From: Clostridiaceae bacterium UBA6085
Lineage (GTDB): Bacteria > Bacillota > Clostridia > Clostridiales > Clostridiaceae
Length of the DNA stretch: 64,000 nt
Direction of reading: 5' to 3'
Assembly (NCBI GenBank): GCA_002428605.1
Contig: DIXH01000025.1
Span: 16,598 to 80,597, forward strand
Below the pieces are notes generated by a model that made no database searches, had not been told where the DNA came from, and worked only from the letters and a program-made list of their open reading frames with translations. The translations under genes and the position numbers were made by a program. This document shows positions 18,794 through 28,607 of the stretch, piece by piece. How positions within the stretch are numbered: the first letter of the stretch is position 1; every line of letters starts with the position of its first letter.

Positions 18794-20092
18794 ATGGACA
18801 AGTTGACAGTAGGACTATTCAATGATTCTTTCCCGCCTACCATAGATGGCGTGGCAAATGCCATATACAACTATGCAAGGGTAATAAATGAAAAGCATGG
18901 GAATGTTGTGGTTGCAACTCCTTATTATCCGGATGTTGTGGATAGTTATCCTTTTGAGGTGATAAGGTACCCCAGCGCAAACGTAAGCAAAAAGCTTGGC
19001 TACAGGATGGGATATCCGTTCAGTGCAGCTGTGATCTCAAGGCTCAGGGAATTGAAGATAGATGTCATACACAGTCACTGCCCGTTTGCTTCGACGGTGC
19101 TTGCAAGGGCACTCAGGAGCTTTACCGGAGCACCTGTCATACTCACATACCACACTAAGTTTGATTATGACATTGAGAAAAGGACTGACTCCACAGCACT
19201 GAGGAAGGCGACTGCAAGGTTTATGATGGCGAACATCAATGCCTGCGATGAGGTTTGGGTAGTATCCGAAGGAGCAGGTGAAAACCTCAGATCCATGGGT
19301 TATGAGGGCAGCTACCTGGTTATGGAGAATGGCGCTGACTATAAGGTGGGCAGGTCTGATCCGGAGGATATGGAGAGAGTAAGGGAAAAGCATGGGCTTG
19401 ACCTTCAGACCCCGATCTTACTTTATGTCGGCAGGATGATGTGGTATAAGGGGATAAGGCTTACGCTTGACTCACTTAAGATTGCGAAGGAAATGGGAAA
19501 GACCTTCAGGATGATCTTCGTCGGAGAAGGTGTAGACCGACCTGAAATAATGGAATATGCAAAAGAGTGCGGTCTTATGGACTGCTGCATCTTCACAGGT
19601 GCAATATATGACAGGGCAGAGCTTAAGATATATTACAGCATAGCCGACCTGTTCATATTCACATCTACCTACGACACGAACGGACTTGTTGTCAGGGAAG
19701 CAGCCTCGGCATATTGCCCGAGCCTTCTTATCAGAAACAGCTGTGCATCAGAAGGGGTCGAGCACGAGGTTTCAGGACTTATTGCAGATGAAGATGCGGA
19801 TAGCATAGCACGGGAGATTATAAGGGCGTGCAATGACAGGGAATGGGTTGCAGAGCTTGGCACAGGTGCAGCGACGAAGGTATACATTTCCTGGGAGGAT
19901 GCCGTCGAGAAGGCATATTCGAGGTACAGGACTGTTGCTGAGGACTACAGGGAAAGGACCAGGGCTGAAGTTGAAGATTCAGTGGTCATGAAGAGGATTA
20001 TGATCCTCAGGAAGGGCTATATGAAGGGGAAGCTTACAGCACAGGATACCTACAAGAGGACAAGCAAAAGGATCAAGGATATATTCCAGTAG
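18794..20092 (+). CDS. GT4-family glycosyltransferase (1,2-diacylglycerol glucosyltransferase-like)
   Basis: FNDSFPPTIDGV, HSHCPF, YVGR and YDTNGLVVREAA. Confidence 0.85.
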   Translation: MDKLTVGLFNDSFPPTIDGVANAIYNYARVINEKHGNVVVATPYYPDVVDSYPFEVIRYPSANVSKKLGYRMGYPFSAAVISRLRELKIDVIHSHCPFASTVLARALRSFTGAPVILTYHTKFDYDIEKRTDSTALRKATARFMMANINACDEVWVVSEGAGENLRSMGYEGSYLVMENGADYKVGRSDPEDMERVREKHGLDLQTPILLYVGRMMWYKGIRLTLDSLKIAKEMGKTFRMIFVGEGVDRPEIMEYAKECGLMDCCIFTGAIYDRAELKIYYSIADLFIFTSTYDTNGLVVREAASAYCPSLLIRNSCASEGVEHEVSGLIADEDADSIAREIIRACNDREWVAELGTGAATKVYISWEDAVEKAYSRYRTVAEDYRERTRAEVEDSVVMKRIMILRKGYMKGKLTAQDTYKRTSKRIKDIFQ

Positions 20093-20098
20093 AGAAAC

Positions 20099-20140
20099 GG
20101 CTAGAGGCTGCATCAGCAGCTTCTTAGCCTGTTTTTTTAT
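20099..20140 (+). terminator. intrinsic terminator
   Basis: GGCTAGAGGCTG...CAGCTTCTTAGCC followed by TGTTTTTTT. Confidence 0.65.
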
Positions 20141-20148
20141 TCTAATGA

Positions 20149-20161
20149 TTGGTCATACCAA
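20149..20161. promoter_or_regulatory. GntR/FadR (LldR/PdhR-type) operator-like palindrome
   Basis: TTGGT-CAT-ACCAA just upstream of a TTTACA-N17-TAATAT promoter for the permease. Confidence 0.55.
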
Positions 20162-20283
20162 GTTCAGGTAAATGTTTACATGACAATCTCCAGATGATAA
20201 TATGGAATAGGAAGGAATAATATTCATATCCTTATTAAATATTAGTAATGTATTCTTTCCAAATATTTTTACGGAGGGATAAT

Positions 20284-21660
20284 ATGTCTGGAATCACACT
20301 GATCATCACGTTTGCCATTTCTATCGTCGTAATGATTCTTGCAATTTCAAAGTTCAAACTTCATCCTTTCCTCGCAATCATGGGTACATCACTTGTTCTT
20401 GGTATGATTGTCGGGATACCGCTTAAAGACCTTCCCGGAGTCCTCGGAGCAGGCTTCTCAGGGATATTCACATCAATAGGACTTGTAATCATACTTGGAG
20501 CATTAATCGGAATCATACTTGAAAAGACCGGCGCAGCTGTAAAGCTTGCCGAAATAGTCGTTGGAATAGTCGGAAAGAAGAGACCCGAGCTTGCAATGCT
20601 CATTATGGGCTGGGTAGTTTCAATACCGGTATTCTGCGATTCCGGATTCGTAATACTGGATCCTATCAGGAAAGCAATGGTAAAGAAGACCAAGACATCA
20701 GCAGTAGCTACAGCGGTCGCACTTTCTGCAGGACTTTACACATCTCACGTATTCATACCCCCGACTCCTGGTCCTATAGCCGCTGCAGGAACACTGGGAC
20801 TGGCTGATAACCTTCTTCTGGTAATCGGAATGGGTGCCCTTGTTTCAATTCCAACACTCATTGCAGCTTATTTCTTCGCCATCTTCATTGGAAAGAAAGT
20901 AAAGTCAACAAGTGAAAAGGAAGAGAAAGTTACAGCTGAGGACTATGATCACATAATGGAGAGCTTTGGAGAGCTTCCAAGTGCATTCATGGCCACTGCA
21001 CCTATTATTGCGCCAATACTTCTCATGGCAATGGGATCGATAGCAAACGTACTTAAGTGGCAGGGTGCAGCCCTTACAATTTTCGCTTTCCTCGGAAATC
21101 CTCTGATAGCTCTTACAGTTGGACTTCTTTTCGGAATAGCGCTTCTTGTTTCAACCAAGAAGATGCATCTCTTCAACAGCATGACCAATGAGACTCTCAA
21201 GACTGTCGGACCGATACTGTTCGTTACAGCTGCAGGCGGAGTGCTTGGTAGAGTAATAGTCACAGCAGGCTTCGTAGACTACATAAAGGCAAACGCCACA
21301 TTCATATCAAGCGTAGGAATATTCTTCCCGTTCGTCATCTCTGCGATACTGAAGACGGCTCAGGGCTCATCGACAGTCGCACTTACAACAACTGCCGGAA
21401 TCATGGGTGCCTACAATGCTTCAGGAACAATGATGGAGGTCCTTGGACTCACATCCCCTATGGCAGCTGCCCTTTCAGTAATGGCAATAGCCGCAGGCGC
21501 AATGACCGTATCCCATGCAAACGACAGCTATTTCTGGGTTGTCACCAATTTCGGCGACATGACACCGGAGGATGGCTACAAGACCCAGACAATGGTAACG
21601 CTCGTCATGGGAATTGTGAGCATGGCCTTCATATTCCTGCTATCGCTTGTACTTCTGTAG
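20284..21660 (+). CDS. GntP-family sugar-acid permease
   Basis: SIPVFCDSGFVIL, PPTPGP, KTAQGSSTVA and SHANDSYFWVV. Confidence 0.92.
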   Translation: MSGITLIITFAISIVVMILAISKFKLHPFLAIMGTSLVLGMIVGIPLKDLPGVLGAGFSGIFTSIGLVIILGALIGIILEKTGAAVKLAEIVVGIVGKKRPELAMLIMGWVVSIPVFCDSGFVILDPIRKAMVKKTKTSAVATAVALSAGLYTSHVFIPPTPGPIAAAGTLGLADNLLLVIGMGALVSIPTLIAAYFFAIFIGKKVKSTSEKEEKVTAEDYDHIMESFGELPSAFMATAPIIAPILLMAMGSIANVLKWQGAALTIFAFLGNPLIALTVGLLFGIALLVSTKKMHLFNSMTNETLKTVGPILFVTAAGGVLGRVIVTAGFVDYIKANATFISSVGIFFPFVISAILKTAQGSSTVALTTTAGIMGAYNASGTMMEVLGLTSPMAAALSVMAIAAGAMTVSHANDSYFWVVTNFGDMTPEDGYKTQTMVTLVMGIVSMAFIFLLSLVLL

Positions 21661-21669
21661 AAACCTCTG

Positions 21670-21705
21670 CTGCCGGCTATTATAGCCGGCAGTATTAATT
21701 TTTTT
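21670..21705 (+). terminator. intrinsic terminator
   Basis: CTGCCGGCTA-TTA-TAGCCGGCAG followed by a T-rich tail. Confidence 0.65.
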
Positions 21706-21748
21706 AGTTTGCTGACTGTTTCTTATCATCCAATTAAAGGAGGATGCC

Positions 21749-22711
21749 ATGGTAAAGATAAGGTATGGAATACTTGGAGCCGCTAACGTGGCACCGAGGT
21801 TCATCAGGGCTGTCCAGAACACAACTAATGGTGAAGTCACTGCAATCGCATCCAGGGATATCAATAAAGCCCGTAGAATGGCAGAAGGGCATGGAGTGAG
21901 GAAATTCTACGGCAGCTATGCTGAGCTTCTAGAGGACCCTGAAATTGATGCTGTGTACATAGCGACACCGAACAGCCTGCACAAGGAGCATATGATTTTG
22001 GGGCTTGAACATGGTAAGCATGTGGTCTGTGAAAAGCCATTCACGCTTTTCGAGTCTGATGCCCTTGAGGTGTTCAGCCTGGCAAGGGAAAATGGCCTTT
22101 TTGTCATGGAAGCGCAAAAGTCAGTTTTTCTTCCTGTAACGGTAGATATAAAGAAGATATTGGATTCTGGGGAGCTTGGCAGGATACGGCTCATCGACTG
22201 CTGCCAGTCAGCCACAGGCTTCATCCAGGACTGGTTCTACAGAAGGGAGTCAGGTGGAGGCGCTCTGAACGGAAGTCTCAGCTATCCCCTCGAGCATGCC
22301 ATGTTCCTTACAGGCTCAGAGATTGAAAATGCTGCAGGGACTGCAGCGATGGGAGAGACAGGAGTAGACCTTCAGTGCGCAGTTTCAGTGAGCTTTAAGG
22401 ATGGTACTCTTCTGACATCAAGGATCACGACTCTTGTTGAAACAAGTGGCATGGCAGTGATCTGGTGTGAAAAGGGACGCGTTGAGATACCTGATTTCTG
22501 GAAGGCGAGGCATGCCAGGGTTTTCTTCGACGATGGCAGGAATATCGAAGTCAGTCATCCATGCGAGCATGAGATGACCTATGAAGTTGTGCACATCAAC
22601 GGCTGCATAAGGGATGGACTGACTGAAAGCACAGTCATGACTGAGAGGATGACGTGCATGTCAGCGAAGACTCTAGAGGAAGTCCGCAGAGAAATATGGC
22701 TGGATTTGTGA
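21749..22711 (+). CDS. Gfo/Idh/MocA-family oxidoreductase
   Basis: YGILGAA, YIATPNSLH and HVVCEKP. Confidence 0.92.
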   Translation: MVKIRYGILGAANVAPRFIRAVQNTTNGEVTAIASRDINKARRMAEGHGVRKFYGSYAELLEDPEIDAVYIATPNSLHKEHMILGLEHGKHVVCEKPFTLFESDALEVFSLARENGLFVMEAQKSVFLPVTVDIKKILDSGELGRIRLIDCCQSATGFIQDWFYRRESGGGALNGSLSYPLEHAMFLTGSEIENAAGTAAMGETGVDLQCAVSVSFKDGTLLTSRITTLVETSGMAVIWCEKGRVEIPDFWKARHARVFFDDGRNIEVSHPCEHEMTYEVVHINGCIRDGLTESTVMTERMTCMSAKTLEEVRREIWLDL

Positions 22712-22815
22712 CCTGGTTTGAATCTTCAGTTAATTTCCGTTCATATTCGATGATTGAAGGCTCCTGCGATGTATAATATTGTATAAGATACGATTTTACA
22801 CAAGGAGTTGACACC

Positions 22816-23157
22816 ATGGATATCCGAAGGATTTCAAAGATGGCAGTAAGCGTTGCAGCAGCATTTATCATACTGGCAGGCTGTTCCACTAAGACTCCGG
22901 AGACTCCAACTGTTACAGGCCTGGAGCTTACTATCGGGGAGCTTGCAGAATTCGATGGAAAAGCCGGGGCCAAAGCATATATTGCGGTAGATGGAGTCAT
23001 ATATGACGTGACAGATGTCAGGGAATGGGCCGGTGGTTCCCATTGGGGGAAGTTCGCAGCAGGCCGTGACCTTACGACAGAAATAAAGACATTGTCTCCA
23101 CATGGAGTATCCAAGCTGTCCGGCGTACCGGTAGTTGGAAAGATTGTGGACAAGTAG
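22816..23157 (+). CDS. lipoprotein with a cytochrome b5-like heme/steroid-binding domain
   Basis: Lipobox LAGC; ELAEFDG, YIAVDGVIYDVT, W..GSH, AGRDLT and SPHG. Confidence 0.85.
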   Translation: MDIRRISKMAVSVAAAFIILAGCSTKTPETPTVTGLELTIGELAEFDGKAGAKAYIAVDGVIYDVTDVREWAGGSHWGKFAAGRDLTTEIKTLSPHGVSKLSGVPVVGKIVDK

Positions 23158-23161
23158 TCTT

Positions 23162-23190
23162 ACGGGCCGAAAGGCCCGTTTCTTCTTTCA
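23162..23190 (+). terminator. intrinsic terminator
   Basis: ACGGGCC-GAAA-GGCCCGT followed by TTCTTCTTT. Confidence 0.8.
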
Positions 23191-23285
23191 AGGAATGTTT
23201 GAGGCGAATATTGCTCAGTTGATGAACGGATGCTGAAATGGTGGTAAACTAATATGGAAAGATGTTACTGAAGGGGAGTGCGGCT

Positions 23286-24410
23286 ATGGGGATCATTATA
23301 AGAGAAGCAGCAGCGGGAAAGGTATTGGAAGATTTCGTCATGCTACCGTTCAGTCTTTATCAGGGTATCGAAGCCTGGGTACCGCCGATAATTTCTGACA
23401 ACAAAAAGTATGTCACAGGCAAGAGCAACTATATGAACCAGGCCGGACCAAATGAAAGGATCGTAGCCTACCTGGATGGAGTTCCTGCAGGAAGGCTGCT
23501 CTTCGGGATCAACGAGCACCTGAACCATGCAAAGGGCTTCAGGGAAGGATACCTGTCACTGTTCGAGTGCACTGACAACCAGACTGTGGCAGCAGCCATG
23601 CTTGACCATGCCAGGTCATGGTTCAGGGAGAGGGGTATCGAGTACATGAAGGGCCCGCTTTCACTGCCGGGCGGTGATGACTACAGGGGCTTTCTCATAG
23701 ATAACTTCGAGTCTCCAACATATGTCATGCAGACCTATAACCACAAGTACTACAATGACCTTTTCATTGCATACGGATTCGATAAGTATCTGGATTGCTA
23801 CGGCTATGACGTCAAGGACGACCAGGAGGACATCAGGAAGTTCGAAAGACTTGTGCCCCTTGCCATGAAACGCTATGGCTACACGGTCGACAGGATCGAC
23901 CTTACAAAAATGGACAGGGAAATGAAGGATGTAAAGAAGATAATTGAGAGGTCCTTGCCGGATGACTGGGACGATTTCATTCCTCCAAATGATGAGGAGA
24001 TCGCTCTTATTGCAAAGCAGCTCATACCATACGCAGACCCTGACTTCATCTATATCGCAAGGACGCTTGAAGGAGAGCCAATTGGCTTCGACATAGCTCT
24101 TCCGGATTACAATATGGTGCTTAAACGGATGAATGGAAGGCTTCTGCCGTTCGGAATATTTAAGTACATCAGGTACAGGAAGAAGATCGACAGGCTGAGG
24201 GTCTTTGTCCTCTTTGTCGTGCCTGAGTACAGGAAGAAGGGTGTTTCAGGTGCCATATATCTAAATATGTGGAGAAAAGGCATAGAGAAGGGCTACAAGA
24301 GGGGTGAAGCCTCTACCATCTGGGAATACAACAAGCCAATGATAACAGATATAAAGGAGTTCATCGGGGAGCCGTACAAGACATACAGGCTCTACAGGAT
24401 GAATGTTTAG
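23286..24410 (+). CDS. YghO-like tandem-GNAT N-acyltransferase
   Basis: WVPP, GYLSLFEC, MKGP, TYNHKYY, LPDYN, NGRLLPFG, VVPEYRKKG, EYN and KTYRLY motifs; about 375 aa. Confidence 0.75.
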   Translation: MGIIIREAAAGKVLEDFVMLPFSLYQGIEAWVPPIISDNKKYVTGKSNYMNQAGPNERIVAYLDGVPAGRLLFGINEHLNHAKGFREGYLSLFECTDNQTVAAAMLDHARSWFRERGIEYMKGPLSLPGGDDYRGFLIDNFESPTYVMQTYNHKYYNDLFIAYGFDKYLDCYGYDVKDDQEDIRKFERLVPLAMKRYGYTVDRIDLTKMDREMKDVKKIIERSLPDDWDDFIPPNDEEIALIAKQLIPYADPDFIYIARTLEGEPIGFDIALPDYNMVLKRMNGRLLPFGIFKYIRYRKKIDRLRVFVLFVVPEYRKKGVSGAIYLNMWRKGIEKGYKRGEASTIWEYNKPMITDIKEFIGEPYKTYRLYRMNV

Positions 24411-24419
24411 GATATTGAT

Positions 24420-26240
24420 ATGGGAAGAAAACTGATTGAAAGAAAAGATGTGGAGCTTGCCCTGACATGGGACCTGTCGCCGCTTTATGATTCTGTGGAA
24501 AGCCTGAAGAGCGATGTGGATAGGATCCTCACACTATCCCGTAAGCTTGAGGAAGACTTCCAGGGTAAACTTCATGACAGTGCTGCGATAAATTTGTGCC
24601 TTGACAAAATGAGGGAGATACTTCCGGTCATGGGAAGGACAGGAGCTTACTCACATCTCAGACTCATGGCTGATACGACTGATAATTCAAGCCTTGAGCT
24701 CAAGGCAATGGTATCCGATGCCCTTGCGAAGGCAAGAAGCATGCTGAGCTTCATCGATACGGAGATACTGGAAGCTGATGAGGAAACATTGAGGAAAGCA
24801 ATCGATGGATCCGATGAGAACAGGCATTATCTCAAAGACCTTCTGAGGTACAGGCCACACATCCTGGGAAAGGAAGTAGAGAAAGTCATATCGACCCTTG
24901 GAACGGTCCTTGAGGCCCCCTACAACATATACAACAGAGCAAAGCTGGCGGATATGGACTTCGAGACATTCATGGCAGGAGGAAGGGAGAACCCTCTGGG
25001 ATTCGTCCTATTTGAGAACGGATATGAGTTCGAGACTGATACTGAAATAAGAAGGGCAGCCTTCAGGGCGTTCTCAGATAAATTGGCTAAATACCAGAAC
25101 ACCGTCGCTTCGGTATATCAGACAAAGCTCTCGACCGAGAAGGCACTAGCTGAGATCAGAGGCTTCAGCTCAGTCACCGAGAGTCTTCTTTTCAGCCAGA
25201 AGGTGTCAAGGGATATGTACGACAGGCAGATAGACCTGATATATGAGAAGCTTGCACCGCATATGAGAAGGTTTTCCGGAATCCTTATGAGGATCCACAA
25301 GCTTGAAGAAATGAGATATGAGGACCTGAAGCTTGCTGTTGACCCCACCTTCGAACCAGGCATAACTGTAGCTGAAGCGAAGGAGCATCTCCTTCAGGGT
25401 CTGTCCGTGCTGGGAAGTGAATATACTGGAATGGTAGGCAGGGCTTTTGATGAGAGATGGATCGACTTTGTCCAGAACAGGGGGAAGTCCACCGGAGCCT
25501 TCTGTTCAAGTCCTTACGGAGCACACCCTTACATACTGATTTCCTGGACAGAGAGGATGAGGGAGGTATTCGTGCTCGCACATGAACTGGGACATGCCGG
25601 ACACTTCCAGCTTAGCCACATCAGGCAGAACGTATTCGACTCCAGGCCTTCCCTTTACTTCATAGAGGCACCTTCTACCATGAACGAGATGCTGATGGCG
25701 AACCATCTGGTAAAATCAAATGGAGATGCAAGGTTCAGGAGATGGGTATACTCGACCATGATATCAAGGACTTACTATCACAATTTCGTGACACATCTCC
25801 TTGAGGCAAGGTACCAGAGAGAGGTGTACAGGATAATCGAGAATGGCGGAAGTGTGACCGCAGCAAGGCTTAACAGCATATTCAGGGAGGTACTTGAGGG
25901 CTTCTGGGGTGACTCTGTAAAGATCACAGAAGGAGCTGAGCTTACATGGATGAGGCAGCCCCACTATTTCATGGGTCTTTACCCATACACGTACAGTGCA
26001 GGACTTACAATTGCCACCGAGGTGGCAAGGAGAGTTGAAAGCGGAGACAGCTCTGCCATAGAGGGCTGGAAAAGGACACTTGAAGCTGGAGGGACACTTG
26101 ATCCCATTGAGCTCGCAAGGCTTGCCGGCGTAGACATAACATCGGACAAGCCGCTTCTTGAAACCATCGAAAGGATAGGCTTTCTGATAGGTGAGATAGA
26201 GAGGCTGACTGATGAGATTGAAACTGATAAATTGAACTGA
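24420..26240 (+). CDS. pepF: oligoendopeptidase F (M3B)
   Basis: TWDLSPLY, GKSTGAF, HELGH and EAPST. Confidence 0.93.
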   Translation: MGRKLIERKDVELALTWDLSPLYDSVESLKSDVDRILTLSRKLEEDFQGKLHDSAAINLCLDKMREILPVMGRTGAYSHLRLMADTTDNSSLELKAMVSDALAKARSMLSFIDTEILEADEETLRKAIDGSDENRHYLKDLLRYRPHILGKEVEKVISTLGTVLEAPYNIYNRAKLADMDFETFMAGGRENPLGFVLFENGYEFETDTEIRRAAFRAFSDKLAKYQNTVASVYQTKLSTEKALAEIRGFSSVTESLLFSQKVSRDMYDRQIDLIYEKLAPHMRRFSGILMRIHKLEEMRYEDLKLAVDPTFEPGITVAEAKEHLLQGLSVLGSEYTGMVGRAFDERWIDFVQNRGKSTGAFCSSPYGAHPYILISWTERMREVFVLAHELGHAGHFQLSHIRQNVFDSRPSLYFIEAPSTMNEMLMANHLVKSNGDARFRRWVYSTMISRTYYHNFVTHLLEARYQREVYRIIENGGSVTAARLNSIFREVLEGFWGDSVKITEGAELTWMRQPHYFMGLYPYTYSAGLTIATEVARRVESGDSSAIEGWKRTLEAGGTLDPIELARLAGVDITSDKPLLETIERIGFLIGEIERLTDEIETDKLN

Positions 26241-26250
26241 CGGAGGAAAA

Positions 26251-27069
26251 ATGGAAAAGCTTAATGAATTCTTTTTTGATTACGGAATGAAGATACTTGC
26301 CGCAATACTTGTGATCGTAGTTGGGTCATACCTTGTAAGGCTCGTTATGAGGATGGTCGAAAAGGCTCTTGCAAAGAGCACTGTTGACATATCCCTCCAC
26401 ACATTCATAAAGACAGTGGTAAGGCTTCTCATGCAGATAGTCGTGCTGCTCACCGCAGCCGGAGTGCTCGATATCCCAAGCACCACCTTCATAACGATAC
26501 TGGGATCAGCTGGTCTTGCCATAGGTCTTGCGCTGAAGGACAGTCTCGGGAATTTTGCAGGAGGAATACTTCTCTTGTCATTTCGGCCATTCAAGGTCGG
26601 GGACTACATAGAATCTGATGGAGTAGGAGGTACTGTAAAGGACATCCACATACTCTATACGCACCTTAATACACCGGACAACAGGCGGGTGATGATACCC
26701 AACGGAATACTTGCCAATGCAAGGATCACGAACTACTCGACCGAGGACAGGCGAAGGCTTGAACTGATATTCGGAGTGGCATACGGCTCCGATATAGAAA
26801 AGGTGAAGGCTGCAATAAACGAAGTGATCGCAGCGAATCCGATGGTCATCATGGACCCGGAACCTATCGTCAGGATGCAGGCCCACAGGGAAAGTGCCGT
26901 TGAGATAACCGTAAAGGTATGGTGTCTCAAGGAAAACTACTGGAATCTTCACTATGACATGCATGAGCAGGTCAAGGCATCCTTCGACAGGAACGGGATC
27001 TCGATTCCATATCCTACCAGAAGCATACGCGTAGTGAAGGATACTGCTGAGACCGATACGATCGGATAG
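26251..27069 (+). CDS. mscS: small-conductance mechanosensitive channel
   Basis: GLAIGLALKDSLGNFAGG, RPFKVGD, IPNG and IPYP. Confidence 0.93.
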   Translation: MEKLNEFFFDYGMKILAAILVIVVGSYLVRLVMRMVEKALAKSTVDISLHTFIKTVVRLLMQIVVLLTAAGVLDIPSTTFITILGSAGLAIGLALKDSLGNFAGGILLLSFRPFKVGDYIESDGVGGTVKDIHILYTHLNTPDNRRVMIPNGILANARITNYSTEDRRRLELIFGVAYGSDIEKVKAAINEVIAANPMVIMDPEPIVRMQAHRESAVEITVKVWCLKENYWNLHYDMHEQVKASFDRNGISIPYPTRSIRVVKDTAETDTIG

Positions 27070-27104
27070 AAATTGCCGGTAAAGAAAGATATGGATAAAC
27101 ATAG

Positions 27105-27149
27105 GTCGTGCATAGTCTGATTGGAATGCAATCAGACTGCACGGCTTTT
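27105..27149 (+). terminator. terminator/attenuator hairpin immediately upstream of the GlpA-like operon RBS
   Basis: GTCGTGCA-TA-GTCTGATTG-GAATG-CAATCAGAC-TGCACGGC-TTTT. Confidence 0.7.
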
Positions 27150-27167
27150 CCATAAGGAGGGATTCAA

Positions 27168-28607
27168 TTGTACGACGTTGCTGTCATAGGTGCAGGTATT
27201 GTCGGTGCATGCACAGTCTATGAACTTTCAAGGCTGGACATTTCAGTATGCCTTATCGAAAAGGAAAATGATGCGGCAGCAGGAGCCACAAAGGCAAATT
27301 CAGCGCTTGTGCATGCCGGCTTCGATCCTGAAGAGGGTACCCTTATGGCTAGGTTCAATGTCGAAGGCTGCTCCATGTTCGAGAGGCTTTCAAAGGAAGC
27401 AGGATTCCCTTACATAAGGAACGGTGCTCTGGTCCTTGCCTTTTCAGAAGAAGACCTTGATACGATAGGAATGCTGTATAAAAGAGGGGTTGCGAACGGC
27501 GTCAAAGGCCTTAGGATCATTGACAGAGAGGAGCTATTGCTGCTTGAGCCTAATTTGGGAGCGCAAGTATCAGGCGCGCTCCTTGCTCCTTCTGCAGGCA
27601 TAGTGGGACCATGGGAGATGTGCATGGCCCTAATAGTGAAAGCTGCAAACAGGGGCGTATCCCTTCGCTTCAGGAATACTGTCACAGGAATAAGGAAAAC
27701 GACTGATTTCTTTGAGATCGAGATAAATGGCGGGGAGTCACAGGTTCAGGCGAAGAGGATAGTCAACGCCGCCGGGATCCATGCTGATGAGATAATGGAG
27801 ATGGCAGGTGAAAAGGAGTTTACGATATTGCCGCGCAAGGGGCAGTATTACGTACTTGACAAAAGCCAGGGCACTCTGGTTTCGCATACACTGTTCCAGT
27901 GCCCGTCTGACAGGGGCAAGGGAGTAATGGTCACTCCGACTGTGCATGGGAACCTGCTTGTGGGTCCTGACTCAGGGCCTGCAGAAGGCAAGGAGGACAA
28001 GGCAACATCAAGGGAGGGGCTTGAGGTGGTAAAGGAGAGTGCACTCCGTTCAGTTGAATCGATCAACTTCAGGGATACCATAAGGAATTATGCTGGACTT
28101 CGGGCATATTCTGACAGGAAGGATTTCATAATAGAGGAATCAGCGTCTGTAAGGGGCCTTATCAACCTTGCGGGAATCAAGTCACCCGGCCTTACTGCAG
28201 CTCCTGCAATCGCCTGGGAGGCTCTGAGGCTTCTTGAGTCTACAGGACTGCATATGGCGCCAAGGCCTGAAAAAAACGACCCTGAAGTGAGAGCGAAATA
28301 CAGCGAGATGAACGATGAGGAGAAGCAGGCCGTAATACAGGAAAATCCAGCCTATGGCAGGGTGATCTGCAGATGCGAGGGGATAACCGAAGGTGAGATA
28401 ATTGAATCACTTAAAGGACCCTTGGGGGCAGTATCACAAGATGGAGTGAAGAGAAGGGTTAGGCCTGGCTCAGGCAGATGCCAGGGAGGCTTCTGCGGAC
28501 CTAAGGTGATTGAAATAATCTCCAGGGAGCTGAATATAAAGCCGTGGGAGGTGCCGCTAGACCTTGACGGGTCCTACGTACTCGGAGGTGAGGAAGATGG
28601 ATCATGA
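27168..28607 (+). CDS. FAD-dependent oxidoreductase with a C-terminal BFD-like [2Fe-2S] domain (GlpA-like glycerol-3-phosphate dehydrogenase subunit)
   Basis: GAGIVG, TKANSALVHAG, GIKSPGLTAAPA, CRCE and GRCQGGFC. Confidence 0.85.
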   Translation: MYDVAVIGAGIVGACTVYELSRLDISVCLIEKENDAAAGATKANSALVHAGFDPEEGTLMARFNVEGCSMFERLSKEAGFPYIRNGALVLAFSEEDLDTIGMLYKRGVANGVKGLRIIDREELLLLEPNLGAQVSGALLAPSAGIVGPWEMCMALIVKAANRGVSLRFRNTVTGIRKTTDFFEIEINGGESQVQAKRIVNAAGIHADEIMEMAGEKEFTILPRKGQYYVLDKSQGTLVSHTLFQCPSDRGKGVMVTPTVHGNLLVGPDSGPAEGKEDKATSREGLEVVKESALRSVESINFRDTIRNYAGLRAYSDRKDFIIEESASVRGLINLAGIKSPGLTAAPAIAWEALRLLESTGLHMAPRPEKNDPEVRAKYSEMNDEEKQAVIQENPAYGRVICRCEGITEGEIIESLKGPLGAVSQDGVKRRVRPGSGRCQGGFCGPKVIEIISRELNIKPWEVPLDLDGSYVLGGEEDGS

